From: Eledone cirrhosa
Lineage: Eukaryota
Assembly: GCA_964016885.1 (NCBI GenBank)
Contig: OZ024766.1
Coordinates: forward strand, 5,022,001-5,086,000
DNA: 64,000 nt
Direction: 5' to 3'
Made by a program: the position numbers and the translations under genes. Below, in pieces: positions 41,427 to 54,226 of the stretch. Numbering within the stretch: position 1 is the first letter of the stretch; the number at the start of each line of letters is the position of its first letter. The notes beneath the pieces were generated by a model. That model was given only the letters and a program-made list of their open reading frames with translations. It was not told where the DNA came from and did no database searches.

Positions 41427-41678
41427 CAGAGTTAATAGACAGGGAAAGAATCCTTCTAGATGGACTTTCAGAAACATATAAAGCTTTCAGATCAGACTTA
41501 CAAACAGCATAAAAAAGAAAGAAACCGAGTTCTTTTATAAGCCAAACCCTGAGTTACCTGTGTTACAGCTAGCTGCTCTACCAAGTTTTTGTGGAGGACG
41601 AATAGCTTTGTGATATACACAGGTGTCTCTCAGAAGAAAACACAGAAAAAAAAGGTGTTTATTAATATGTAATCAACT

Positions 41679-41716
<38 letters not shown>

Positions 41717-41875
41717 CATATATATATATATATATATCTGTATATATACATATATATATAACAAACAGGAAAACAGAACAAAAATAGCTGAACAAAGATA
41801 TCTGCCAATGCCCTTGTCAGGGGTGTATATACATATATATAAATATATGTGTGTGTATATATATATAAATATATA

Positions 41876-41927
<52 letters not shown>

Positions 41928-42104
41928 TAAGTTCAAAAGATGGTTAAAAGAGTTCCAAGTATTTTATTATGCGCATTTCAAAAACAAATATCATCATGGG
42001 ATGATATCTGCGTTCTCATCAGATAAAATAGTTTTAAATCAAGTTTTATTGTGCTACAATAAAACTCACCTCCTACATATATATATAAATATACATACAT
42101 ATAT

Positions 42105-42292
42105 ATTAAAAAAAGGAAAAGAATAACTTCACTTGTAGTTCTAAACAATTTGATTTTATAATATTATAATTTTACAATTTGGTTTTGTAGATCTAGAAAG
42201 TTCTTTGGTGGGGAGATGTAAAATTATAATATTATAAAATTAAATTAAATTAATTAGAACTACAAGTGAAGTTATGCTTTTCCTTTTTTAAT
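42105..42292. mobile_element. AT-rich palindromic MITE-like element
   Basis: AAAAAGGAAAAGAATAACTTCACTTGTAGTTCTAA / TTAGAACTACAAGTGAAGTTATGCTTTTCCTTTTT. Confidence 0.65.
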
Positions 42293-42736
42293 ATATATAT
42301 ATATATATACACACATATATATATATATAGCACCCCTGGTCTTCTTAAATGTTCCCCCCCCCCCAAAAAAAAACTCTCACGTTCCAACCTTTTTTCTCTC
42401 TCTCCAAAATCTCCATTTCCCGAAGAAGGTCTTATGTCCGAAATGTCAAACCCTCTTCTCCTTTCTCTTACTCCGAAGCATGAAACTAATAAGACTTGTG
42501 TGTTTTTGCGCATATTTGTGTTTGTCTTGTCATTTCTTGAACTACATACACACACACACACATATATATATATATAGTTATGTAATAAACAACATGATTG
42601 AAAGCAAAATTTTTTGCTTTTAAGAAACCACTGGTAAATGGAATAATTGCCTTATGTTGTTTATTACATAACTATTAAGCTCTGTTACCTACATAGAGCA
42701 CTCTTTTTTCCTGGACTTTTCCGACGGAATTACTTC

Positions 42737-42804
<68 letters not shown>

Positions 42805-42805
42805 G

Positions 42806-42932
42806 CAGGGTGGTCCAAAAGTCGCAATACATAGGAAATTTCTAAGTTTCCATATTTATTTATTTTGAATAATTTGTTTCTTATTAAACATAATTATTTT
42901 TTTTTATGTATTGCAACTTTTGGTCCACCCTG
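42806..42932. mobile_element. Tc1/mariner-type MITE
   Basis: CAGGGTGGTCCAAAAGTCGCAATACAT / ATGTATTGCAACTTTTGGTCCACCCTG|TA. Confidence 0.75.
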
Positions 42933-42981
42933 TATATATGAATATATATGTATATATAAATGTATCATCATCATATATATA

Positions 42982-43013
<32 letters not shown>

Positions 43014-43015
<2 letters not shown>

Positions 43016-43414
43016 CGAGGGTAATCTCAAAAGTAAGGTCTCCAAAGCGATGGGGACGCAGAGAAACTGTTTGTACGGCTGTTGGCAACACTGTTGTGAT
43101 TGGTGCTTCCTTCACTCCCCAACAAGCATGCGCGCGCTTCGCTGGGATGCTCAATCTTGGCTTGGCAGCCATTGAGAATGGAGCTCCCGTTGAACGCTAC
43201 AGCAGCCAAGTGTGAATTTCGAGCAGTTATTATATACGAGGGCAACCCCAAAAGTAAGGTCTCCTTCCGAGGAAAACATGTGTAACGATCGGCGGATCAC
43301 TCTGGATGCTCTCTGCATTTTGGTTCCTGAGGTTTCCCGAAGCACCATCCACAGGATTTTAACGGAAAAGTTGCAATATCGGAAGGGGACCTTACTTTTG
43401 GGATTGCCCTCGTA
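43014..43414 (+). mobile_element. Mariner deletion derivative with transposase remnant
   Basis: TA|CGAGGGTAATCTCAAAAGTAAGGTC...GACCTTACTTTTGGGATTGCCCTCG|TA; remnant DRRITLDALCILVPEVSRSTIHRILTEKLQYRK resembles the mariner HTH region. Confidence 0.8.
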
Positions 43415-43440
43415 CACGTATATATATATATATATATATA

Positions 43441-43602
43441 TATATAGCTTTCACCGTATTTTTAACTAAAGGAATTTTAGCTTGATAACGGGGTTTAGAA
43501 CCCTCAGATAAATGGAAAAAGATGAGTATTGACGTACATGGGTTCTAAACCCCGTTATCAAGCTAAAATTCCTTTAGTTAAAAATACGGTGAAAGCTATA
43601 TA
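43441..43602. repeat. Perfect inverted repeat with arms of about 62 bp and a loop of about 36 nt
   Basis: TATAGCTTTCACCG...GGTTTAGAACCC / GGGTTCTAAACC...CGGTGAAAGCTATA. Confidence 0.9.
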
Positions 43603-43684
43603 TTTTCTAATTTCAAACTCGCTCACTGCTTCAAAACATACTTACTTGATATATATATATATGAGTGTATATATATGTATATAT

Positions 43685-44006
43685 ATAATATAAGATCAAA
43701 AGATGGTTAAAGGAGTTCCATATATTTTATTATGCGCATTTCAAAAACAAACATCATCAAGCAATAATATTTGTGTTTTCATCAGATAAAACAGGAGAAC
43801 ATGATATGAAGGCTAAAAAACATTTGTTGATAGTGCAGTTTTAAATCAACATATGCACTATCAACAAATGTTTTTTAGCCTTCATATCATGTTCTCCTGT
43901 TTTATCTGATGAAAACACAAATATTATTGCTTGATGATGTTTGTTTTTGAAATGCGCATAATAAAATATATGGAACTCCTTTAACCATCTTTTGATCTTA
44001 TATTAT
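43685..44006. repeat. Perfect fold-back with arms of about 150 bp and a 16-nt loop
   Basis: 43685-43837 mirrored by 43853-44006. Confidence 0.9.
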
Positions 44007-44092
44007 GCATACTCCAGTCCCACAAACTGTAGAGTGCTTCTTATCCGATATCTGCATTGCTTTATTGTACTACAATAAAACTCACCTCCTAC

Positions 44093-44148
<56 letters not shown>

Positions 44149-44265
44149 ATATATATGTATGTAGAGAGAGAAAGAGCAGTTTGTGTCACAACCCACAAAC
44201 TGTAGAGTGCTTCTTATCCGATATCTGCATTGCTTTATTGTACTACAATAAAACTCACCTCCTAC

Positions 44266-44343
<78 letters not shown>

Positions 44344-44404
44344 ATATATATATGTATGTAGAGAGAGAAAGAGCAGTTTGTGTCACAACCTACGTATGAA
44401 AGAC

Positions 44405-44454
44405 TTATAGCAGCTTCAGATGACCAGTGACTTCGTCAACGAGGCTGGACGGAC
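44405..44454 (-). CDS. PTRH2: Peptidyl-tRNA hydrolase 2, last coding exon
   Basis: GPSSLVDEVTGHLKLL-stop, the canonical PTH2 C-terminus; CAG acceptor; total CDS 501 nt. Confidence 0.94.
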
Positions 44455-44459
44455 CTGGA

Positions 44460-44502
<43 letters not shown>

Positions 44503-46500
44503 TTTTCTTTATTAACCACAAGGGTTCACATAAAGTAGACATTAAGGACAGTACAGGACAATACAGGACGGTACAAATGGGCATTTCTGCGTGTAATGCT
44601 TTCTCTATTAACCACAAGGGTTCACATAAAGTAGACATTAAGGACAGTGCAGGACAATACAGGATGGTACAAATGGGCATTTCTGCGTGTAATGCTTTCT
44701 CTATTAACCACAAGGGTTCACATAAAGTAGACATTAAGGACAGTGCAGGACAATACAGGATGGTACAAATGGGCATTTCTGCGTGTAATGCTTTCTCTAT
44801 TAACCACAAGGGTTTACATAAAGTAGACATTAAGGACAGTACAGGACAATACAGGGCGGTACAAATGGGCATTTCTGCGTGTAATGCTTTCTCTATTAAC
44901 CACAAGGGTTTACATAAAGTAGACATTAAGGACAGTACAGGACAATACAGGACGGTACAAATGGGCATTTCTGCATGTAATGTTTTCTTTATTAACCACA
45001 AGGGTTTACATAAAGTAGACATTAAGGACAGTACAGGACAATACAGGACGGTACAAATGGGCATTTCTGCATGTAATGCTTTCTCTATTAACCACAAGGG
45101 TTTACATAAAGTAGACATTAAGGACAGTACAGGACAATACAGGACGGTACAAATGGGCATTTCTGCGTGTAATGCTTTCTCTATTAACCACAAGGGTTCA
45201 CATAAAGTAGACATTAAGGACAGTACAGGACGGTACAAATGGGCATTTCTGCGTGTAATGCTTTCTCTATTAACCACAAGGGTTTACATAAAGTAGACAT
45301 TAAGGACAGTACAGGACAATACAGGACGGTACAAATGGGCATTTCTGCGTGTAATGTTTTCTTTATTAACCACAAGGGTTCACATAAAGTAGACATTAAG
45401 GACAGTACAGGACGGTACAAATGGGCATTTCTGCGTGTAATGCTTTCTCTATTAACCACAAGGGTTTACATAAAGTAGACATTAAGGACAGTACAGGACA
45501 ATACAGGACGGTACAAATGGGCATTTCTGCGTGTAATGCTTTCTCTATTAACCACAAGGGTTTACATAAAGTAGACATTAAGGACAGTACAGGACAATAC
45601 AGGGCGGTACAAATGGGCATTTCTGTGTAATGCTTTCTCTATTAACCACAAGGGTTTACATAAAGTAGACATTAAGGACAGTACAGGACAATACAGGGCG
45701 GTACAAATGGGCATTTCTGCGTGTAATGCTTTCTCTATTAACCACAAGGGTTTACATAAAGTAGACATTAAGGACAGTACAGGACAATACAGGGCGGTAC
45801 AAATGGGCATTTCTGCGTGTAATGCTTTCTCTATTAACCACAAGGGTTTACATAAAGTAGACATTAAGGACAGTGCAGGACAATACAGGACGGTACAAAT
45901 GGGCATTTCTGCGTGTAATGCTTTCTCTATTAACCACAAGGGTTTACATAAAGTAGACATTAAGGACAGTGCAGGACAGTACAGGACGGTACAAATGGGC
46001 ATTTCTGCGTGTAATGTTTTCTTTATTAACCACAAGGGTTTACATAAAGTAGACATTAAGGACAGTACAGGACAATACAGGACGGTACAAATTGGCATTT
46101 CTGCGTGTAAAAAAAACAGAGGATGTAATAAAAATAACAATGAAAAATTCCCCAATAGGGGGGAGACTTCCAAGGGACATTTGTGGAGAAAGCCCATTAA
46201 AAGACCACAGTGACCCTGACCACCAAGGCAAGTGCCCTCTCCCAGTTTTCCACCTTTAATTTACAGACACATACTCAGAGTAGGCCCATTCACTCGGGCC
46301 ATTCTTGCTTCTCTCACCCATCTTTCAACAAAATGCTAGGAAGAGAGCACTTCCCTCTCTACCCTGATTTTCCTTTTCAAATGAAATTTGAAAAAGTTAA
46401 TCAGGGCATCACCGAAGAGGTAAGTGCTCGTCTTCAGCCCTTTCAAACGTGTCCACCATACTATCTCTTTCGCCATGGCCACCAGACAGATAAAAATAAT
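44460..46500. repeat. Second copy of the 96-bp-array element (about 17 units, 44500-46110) in PTRH2 intron 4
   Basis: Same unit and downstream flank as 2745-4370. Confidence 0.9.
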
Positions 46501-46504
46501 AATA

Positions 46505-47245
46505 ATAATAATAATTGTTTCTACTTTTGGCACAAGGCCAGCAATTACCCAGTGCATTACTGGTACTTTATAAGCAACATACACAACATGACAATAAATA
46601 CAAAAAAAAAAAACAACACATTTCAAGAAATAACTGTTTCTACTTTTGGCACAAGGCCAGCAATTACCCAGTGCATTACTGGTACTTCATAAGCAACATA
46701 CACAACATGACAATAAATACAAAAAAAAAAAACAACACATTTCAAGAAATAACTGTTTCTACTTTTGGCACAAGGCCAGCAATTACCCAGTGCATTACTG
46801 GTACTTTATAAGCAACATACACAACATGACAATAAATACAAAAAAAACAAAAAAAAAAACAACACATTTCAAGAAATAACTGTTTCTACTTTTGGCACAA
46901 GGCCAGCAATTACCCAGTGCATTACTGGTACTTTATAAGCAACATACACAACATGACAATAAATACAAAAAAAACAAAAAAAAAAACAACACATTTCAAG
47001 AAATAACTGTTTCTACTTTTGGCACAAGGCCAGCAATTACCCAGTGCATTACTGGTACTTTATAAGCAACATACACAACATGACAATAAATACAAAAAAA
47101 CAAAAAAAAAAAAAAACACATTTCAAGAAATAACTGTTTCTACTTTTGGCACACAAGGCCAGCAATTACCCCAGTGTATTACTGGTACTTTATTTTATCG
47201 ACCCCGTAAGGATGAAAGGCAAAGTTAACCTCGGCAGGATTTGAA
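46505..47245 (-). repeat. About 120-130 bp tandem array (about 5 units) made from a SINE B 3' end plus flank
   Basis: tgtttctacttttggcacaaggccagcaattacccagtgcattactggtac repeated, then running into SINE B body. Confidence 0.82.
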
Positions 47246-47874
47246 CAAAGTAATCCAACTTATTTTACTAATGGGATAAACAATTATAAACTGTACGCAG
47301 TCCCGAGCTCCTTATTTTATTATAGTTGAGATGGTAACAGAAGGGTTAATTAAATTATCCGAGACATTTTTTTTCTGTGATGACACTACATCCTTCAAAA
47401 CCTCCAACACTACATCTGATATTCCTCCTACATACACACACATGTATGTATGTATATCTATCTATATATGTGTATATCATGACCCATACACTTTCCTGAC
47501 ATTTGTACATTATTCTATGTACTATACATGCACCTTTGATGAGTTGTAGTGCACCTGAGCACTGTACACAATAACTTCCATTATTATTTTAGTTTCACAG
47601 CTAAGGGGAGGTAATTAAGATTTCATTTTTTGGTCAAACTTCTAAATACAGTGCCCCCCCGCCCCTTCAGTACTGTAGACCCCTTCCAACGTTTGCTAGC
47701 AGGGAAAGTGGACTTTAAATGATGATGATAGTAGTGGCAATGATGATCGTGATGATGATGATAATGATGATGGTGATGGTGATGATACAAACACATGTTA
47801 GAAGGCTATGAGCTGTAGCATGGCCACAGTCCGAAGACTGAAACCAGTAAGAGGACAAAGAGGGAATCACTTAC

Positions 47875-47987
47875 CAGGGCCAACACCCAACACAGTCTTA
47901 GAACCTGGCGCTATCTGTGTATGACCAGCATCAGATATTAAGCTGGCATTGAGGCCGGCTTTTATAGCTGTATGTGTGAGATCCAGT
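47875..47987 (-). CDS. PTRH2: Peptidyl-tRNA hydrolase 2, coding exon 4
   Basis: [37 protein letters not shown] (DAGxTQI motif); TAG/GTAAG, phase 2-1. Confidence 0.95.
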
Positions 47988-48067
47988 CTAGAAAAAATAG
48001 AGATTTACCCCTTTAAATTGTAACATCCTGCATCACATGAAACCACATTAATAAGACATATGAGAAA

Positions 48068-49829
48068 AGTACAAAACAACACTATGACTACATCACATTA
48101 AATATTAAAGTCTTTACTGTAATACTGTAAATTGTCACAACAATCTGTCCACCAGTAAAGATACTATAAACATTTAGTACAAAACAACACTATGACTACA
48201 TCACATTAAATATTAAAGTCTTTACTGTAATACTGTAAATTGTCACAACAATCTGTCCACCAGTAAAGATACTATAAACATTTAGTACAAAACAACACTA
48301 TGACTACATCACATTAAATATTAAAGTCTTTACTGTAATACTGTAAATTGTCACAACAATCTGTCTACCAGTAAAGATACTATAAACATTTAGTACAAAA
48401 CAACACTATGACTACATCACATTAAATATTAAAGTCTTTACTGTAATACTGTAAATGTTCACAACAATCTGTCCACCAGTAAAGATACTATAAACATTTA
48501 GTACAAAACAACACTATGACTACATCACATTAAATATTAAAGTCTTTACTGTAATACTGTAAATTGTCACAACAATCTGTCCACCAGTAAAGATACTATA
48601 AACATTTAGTACAAAACAACACTATGACTACATCACATTAAATATTAAAGTCTTTACTGTAATACTGTAAATTGTCACAACAATCTGTCCACCAGTAAAG
48701 ATACTATAAACATTTAGTACAAAACAACACTATGACTACATCACATTAAATATTAAAGTCTTTACTGTAATACTGTAAATTGTCACAACAATCTGTCCAC
48801 CAGTAAAGATACTATAAACATTTAGTACAAAACAACACTATGACTACATCACATTAAATATTAAAGTCTTTACTGTAATACTGTAAATTGTCACAACAAT
48901 CTGTCTACCAGTAAAGATACTATAAACATTTAGTACAAAACAACACTATGACTACATCACATTAAATATTAAAGTCTTTACTGTAATACTGTAAATATTC
49001 ACAACAATCTGTCTACCAGTAAAGATACTATAAACATTTAGTACAAAACAACACTATGACTACATCACATTAAATATTAAAGTCTTTACTGTAATACTGT
49101 AAATTGTCACAACAATCTGTCCACCAGTAAAGATACTATAAACATTTAGTACAAAACAACACTATAACTACATCACATTAAATATTAAAGTCTTTATTGT
49201 AATACTGTAAATTTTCACAACAATCTGTCTACCAGTAAAGATACTATAAACATTTAGTACAAAACAACACTATGACTACATCACATTAAATATTAAAGTC
49301 TTTACTGTGATACTGTAAATATTCACATCAATCTGTCCACCATTAAAGATACTATAAACATTTAGTACAAAACAACACTATGACTACATCACATTAAATA
49401 TTAAAGTCTTTACTGTAATACTGTAAATTTTCACAACAATCTGTCCACCAGTAAAGATACTATAAACATTTAGTACAAAACAACACTATGACTACATCAC
49501 ATTAAATATTAAAGTCTTTACTGTAATACTGTAAATTTTCACAACAATCTGTCCACCAGTAAAGATACTATAAACATTTAGTACAAAACAACACTATGAC
49601 TACATCACATTAAATATTAAAGTCTTTACTGTAATACTGTAAATTGTCACAACAATCTGTCCACCAGTAAAGATACTATAAACATTTAGTACAAAACAAC
49701 ACTATGACTACATCACATTAAATATTAAAGTCTTTACTGTAATACTGTAAATATTCACAACAATCTGTCCACCAGTAAAGATACTATAAACATTTAGTAC
49801 AAAACAACACTATGACTACATCACATTAA
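48068..49829. repeat. 108-bp minisatellite (about 16 units) in PTRH2 intron 3
   Basis: agtacaaaacaacactatgactacatcacattaa...ctataaacattt. Confidence 0.92.
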
Positions 49830-49962
49830 CCCTTTAACATTTACATTACTCTATATATACTATTGTATTTTCATGGTAAAGGCTTTACCTCACAGATTAT
49901 CTCTCATATTATCGAAGCTATGAGATTTTAATATTATTTATTTTGAGAACAATACCTTAACA
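49827..49962. mobile_element. piggyBac-like element end carrying a single 72-bp unit
   Basis: TTAA|CCCTTTAACATTTACATTACTCTATATATACTATTGTATTTTCA..., the reverse complement of the array unit. Confidence 0.7.
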
Positions 49963-50230
49963 GAAGTATGTAAAGCTATGTTGGTACCACAACATCCAGG
50001 CCGAAACAAATGAGGTTGTGTAGGTGTCACGACAAAAAAACACACAGTCCACGCTGTAATGTGGCCGTGTAGGTAACACGGTAAAAACCTCCCAGTTCCA
50101 CACTGTAAACATGGTTGGTGTTAGGAACGAGATCCAGTCACACCACCAGACCACCACAACACACGACGACGACGACAACGACAACAACGACGACAACGAC
50201 AGCAACAGCAACAGCAACAACAACACTTAC

Positions 50231-50352
50231 AAACTTTCTTCGTCGTCTGTTTTTACAATAATCTTCGGTTGTCCAAAATCTTTCCACTCGCTGAGTAACT
50301 TTGGATTCTTTCTCTGGAGTTTCTCGACAGCTTGTACAGCAGCATGGCAACA
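50231..50352 (-). CDS. PTRH2: Peptidyl-tRNA hydrolase 2, coding exon 3
   Basis: CCHAAVQAVEKLQRKNPKLLSEWKDFGQPKIIVKTDDEES; TAG/GTAAG, phase 0-2. Confidence 0.95.
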
Positions 50353-50479
50353 CTAGAGGGGTGAGATATATATATATGTGATAGAGAGAGAGAGGTGAGG
50401 GAGAGAGAGAGGGGTGATAGAGAGGTGAGAGAGAGATAAAGAGGGGTGATAGAGAGGAGAGAGAGGTGGTGGGTGAGAC

Positions 50480-50514
<35 letters not shown>

Positions 50515-50892
50515 TAAATTTAGTCCTTCATCAGTGATCTTCCAACCTTCATTGGTATTTCATCACTTTAAAGACCATATACCTCCGGTTGGTGCGAGCA
50601 ATGGCTAAAGAAAGTCGTTGGGACACGTAAATAAGGGGAACGAGCGAGACTGTAAACAAACAAAGAGGGTAATGCAACGAAAAGTGAGGAAGAAGGAGTC
50701 AAGTCCCAGATTTCCATGAATATAAGTTTGGTGAAATCGTGAACGAGAGAGAATAAAGACCATCAAACCTGGTTGAAATGTGAGCAAGGAAGGAATTCCA
50801 TACAGGTCTAACGGGAGGAAGAAGGGGTCCAGTCCGTGAATTCGGTGAACATAAGTTCTGTGAAATCGTAGACGAGAGAGAGAAAAGGGGAA

Positions 50893-50984
<92 letters not shown>

Positions 50985-51029
50985 GAGAGAGAGAGTAAAG
51001 GTGAAATACAGAAACAGGTGACACAGAGA

Positions 51030-51177
51030 AAGGTGCCACAGCGAAAAAGCACCCATCACTCACTGTAAATGAGGTTGGTGTTAGGAAGGGCATCCAGCTG
51101 TAGAAATTAAGCCAGTATCAGTTCCCGTCCCACCCTTGCAAGCAGGGAAAAGAGGACGTAAAATGAAATGATGATAA
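51030..51177 (+). mobile_element. SINE A 3' fragment
   Basis: Matches SINE A tail. Confidence 0.75.
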
Positions 51178-51327
51178 CATGGTCAGTCTATTCAGTACAG
51201 TAGTTGGCATTAGAAAGGGCATCCAGCCATAGAAACCAGTGGTCGTGCTGGTGACAGGACAAAAGCACCCAGTAAACACTGTAAAGTGGTTGCGTCGGTG
51301 ATTTAATTACAGGTAATTATGTCTCAC

Positions 51328-51417
51328 CTGTGCAGCTATTTTCCCTTTCCCCATTTTCAAGTCTGATCGTACAACAATAACAAACTTCATGGCTCCATTG
51401 TTGGGTGACCCCGCAAA
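51328..51417 (-). CDS. PTRH2: Peptidyl-tRNA hydrolase 2, coding exon 2
   Basis: FAGSPNNGAMKFVIVVRSDLKMGKGKIAAQ, the PTH2 signature; CAG/GTGAG, 90 bp. Confidence 0.95.
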
Positions 51418-51462
51418 CTGGAATATATAAAGGATATGTTATACATACATACACACACACAC

Positions 51463-51511
<49 letters not shown>

Positions 51512-51838
51512 CACATATATATATATACAAACATATATACATTTATATATATATATATACACACACACACGCATATATATATATACACAGATATATATAC
51601 ACACACACATATATATATATATACACACATATATATATATACAAACATATATACATTTATATATATATATACACACACGCATATATATATATACACACAC
51701 ACAGATATATATACACACACACACATATATATATATATATACATATACACACACATATATATATACACAGATATATATACACACACATATATATACATAT
51801 ACACACACATATATATATATACACACACAGATATATAT

Positions 51839-51869
<31 letters not shown>

Positions 51870-52248
51870 CATATACACACACACATATATATACACAGAT
51901 ATATATACACACACATATATATACATATACACACATATATATATATACACACACATATATATATATATATACTTATATATACACATATATACACACACAC
52001 ATATATATATACATATATACACACAGATATATATATATATACACACACATATATATACATATATACACACACACACACACATATATATATACACACACAC
52101 ACATATATATACACACACACACACATATATATACACACACACATATATATATATACATATACACATATATACATATACACACATACACATATATATATAC
52201 ATATATACACACACACACAGGGTGTTTATATATATTTGATGCTCTCAC

Positions 52249-52374
52249 CTCATCTGCAATAATCTTTGGACTACGTGAGAATGTCTTCTTCTGGAACAAC
52301 AGACAAAGGGTTATGCCTAAACCCAGTCCTGCTGTAAGGGCCAAAGCCAGGTTCATATCATCGTAGGATTTCAT
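52249..52374 (-). CDS. PTRH2: Peptidyl-tRNA hydrolase 2, coding exon 1 (N-terminal transmembrane anchor)
   Basis: MKSYDDMNLALALTAGLGLGITLCLLFQKKTFSRSPKIIADE; GTGAG donor in phase 0; a pyrimidine-rich TAG acceptor at about 52404 implies an upstream non-coding exon. Confidence 0.85.
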
Positions 52375-52530
52375 TGTGGCACATCAACAGCTTGGAGGGG
52401 GATCTAAGGGAGAGACAAGGGTTTGGAAGAACTGTTAGACATATTTTGTTGAAGGAGACATCTGGGATAAAGACTGTCATATTAGTTTCATATATATAAA
52501 CATGTCTGAGTATATATATTTCTCATTCTT

Positions 52531-52566
52531 TCTTCTGAAGAAGGACTAGCGTCCGAAACGTTAAGA
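52531..52566 (+). ncRNA. Minimal hammerhead ribozyme motif (family HH1)
   Basis: TCTT-CTGAAGA-A-GGAC-TAGC-GTCC-GAAA-CG-TT-AAGA. Confidence 0.66.
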
Positions 52567-52884
52567 CCCTCTTCCTGCTATATCAAGCGTTAATCTTCTA
52601 TATATACCTTCCATATAATGTATCGATTGTGTTGTTATTTCTGTTTACCTTTTACATATATATATATATGTATATATGTATAAATATATAAACATATATA
52701 TATATATACATGTTTATACATATATATATATATATGTATAAACATATATATATATGTTTATACATATATATATATATGTTTATACATATATATATATATA
52801 GGAACAGTTTGGGTATGATACATTTTATTACTAATTATATCTAAATGTTTCTTCTCTCTTCATATATATATATATATATATATA

Positions 52885-53105
52885 TGTGTACAGTTTAGGA
52901 CAAATGAAGACACTTACTTGAAAAACAGTTCATCGTAAAAAGTTATCTAGCCAGAAGATGGGTCTCCACCTCTGGCGTGGGGGTCCCCGAGTTTAAACAC
53001 AGCTAAGCAAAATGGTAAACCAGGCACTGACTAGAACTGTTTCATTCAAAAGAAATCATAGAAGCCATTTCTATATTATACACATATATATATATACATA
53101 TGTAT

Positions 53106-53143
<38 letters not shown>

Positions 53144-53332
53144 GTGTACAGTTTAGGACAAATGAAGACACTTACTTGAAAAACAGTTCATCGTAAAAAG
53201 TTATCTAGCCAGAAGATGGGTCTCCACCTCTGGCGAAGAGGTCCCCGAGTTTAAACAGAGCTAAGCAAAATGGTAAACCAGGCACTGACTAGAACTGTTT
53301 CATTCAAAAGAAATCATAGAAGCCATTTCTAT
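52885..53332. repeat. Tandem duplication of about 190 bp separated by (TA)n
   Basis: 52885-53073 repeated at 53143-53332. Confidence 0.85.
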
Positions 53333-53584
53333 GTTAAACATAATGTCTACACCTTACTAATGTATTGAGTACCTTACTTACTGTGGTTAAACTCGATTGA
53401 ACCAGGCACTCATATATATATATATATTGTGTGTGTATATATATATGAGTGTGTATATATATATATATATATATATGAGGGTGTGTATATATATATATAT
53501 ATATATATATGAGGGTGTGTATATATATATATATATGATGGTGTGTATATATATATATATATATGTGTATATATATATATGAGG

Positions 53585-53616
<32 letters not shown>

Positions 53617-53625
53617 GAGGGTGTG

Positions 53626-53656
<31 letters not shown>

Positions 53657-53663
53657 GGGTGTG

Positions 53664-53696
<33 letters not shown>

Positions 53697-53771
53697 GAGG
53701 GTGTGTATATATATATATATATGATGGTGTGTATATATATATATATATGTGTATATATATATATGAGGGTG

Positions 53772-53802
<31 letters not shown>

Positions 53803-53999
53803 GGGTGTGTATATATATATATATATGAGGGTGTGTATATATACATATGAGTGTGTATATATATATATATATATGAGGGTGTGTATATATATATAATGTA
53901 TGTATGTCTAGAAAGAGGCGAGGCGAGTTTCGTAAATTAACTTTTTGATTAAATAAAAAAGTGTATAAAGTATAGGGTATATAAATATATAAACACTCG

Positions 54000-54036
<37 letters not shown>

Positions 54037-54040
<4 letters not shown>

Positions 54041-54226
54041 AAAAAGTATGAACCCCAACGGCAGAGCTCAAGCCGTTTCGACGGGTATTTCTGGACTATA
54101 GCCGTCGAAACGGCTTGAGCTCTGCCGTTGGGGGTCATACTTTTTCCTATTTCCCACTCTACTACCCTAAGTATTGAGTACTCTGGTGCGTTATGGTCCA
54201 TCTGATTCCTTACCACAATACCTTTG

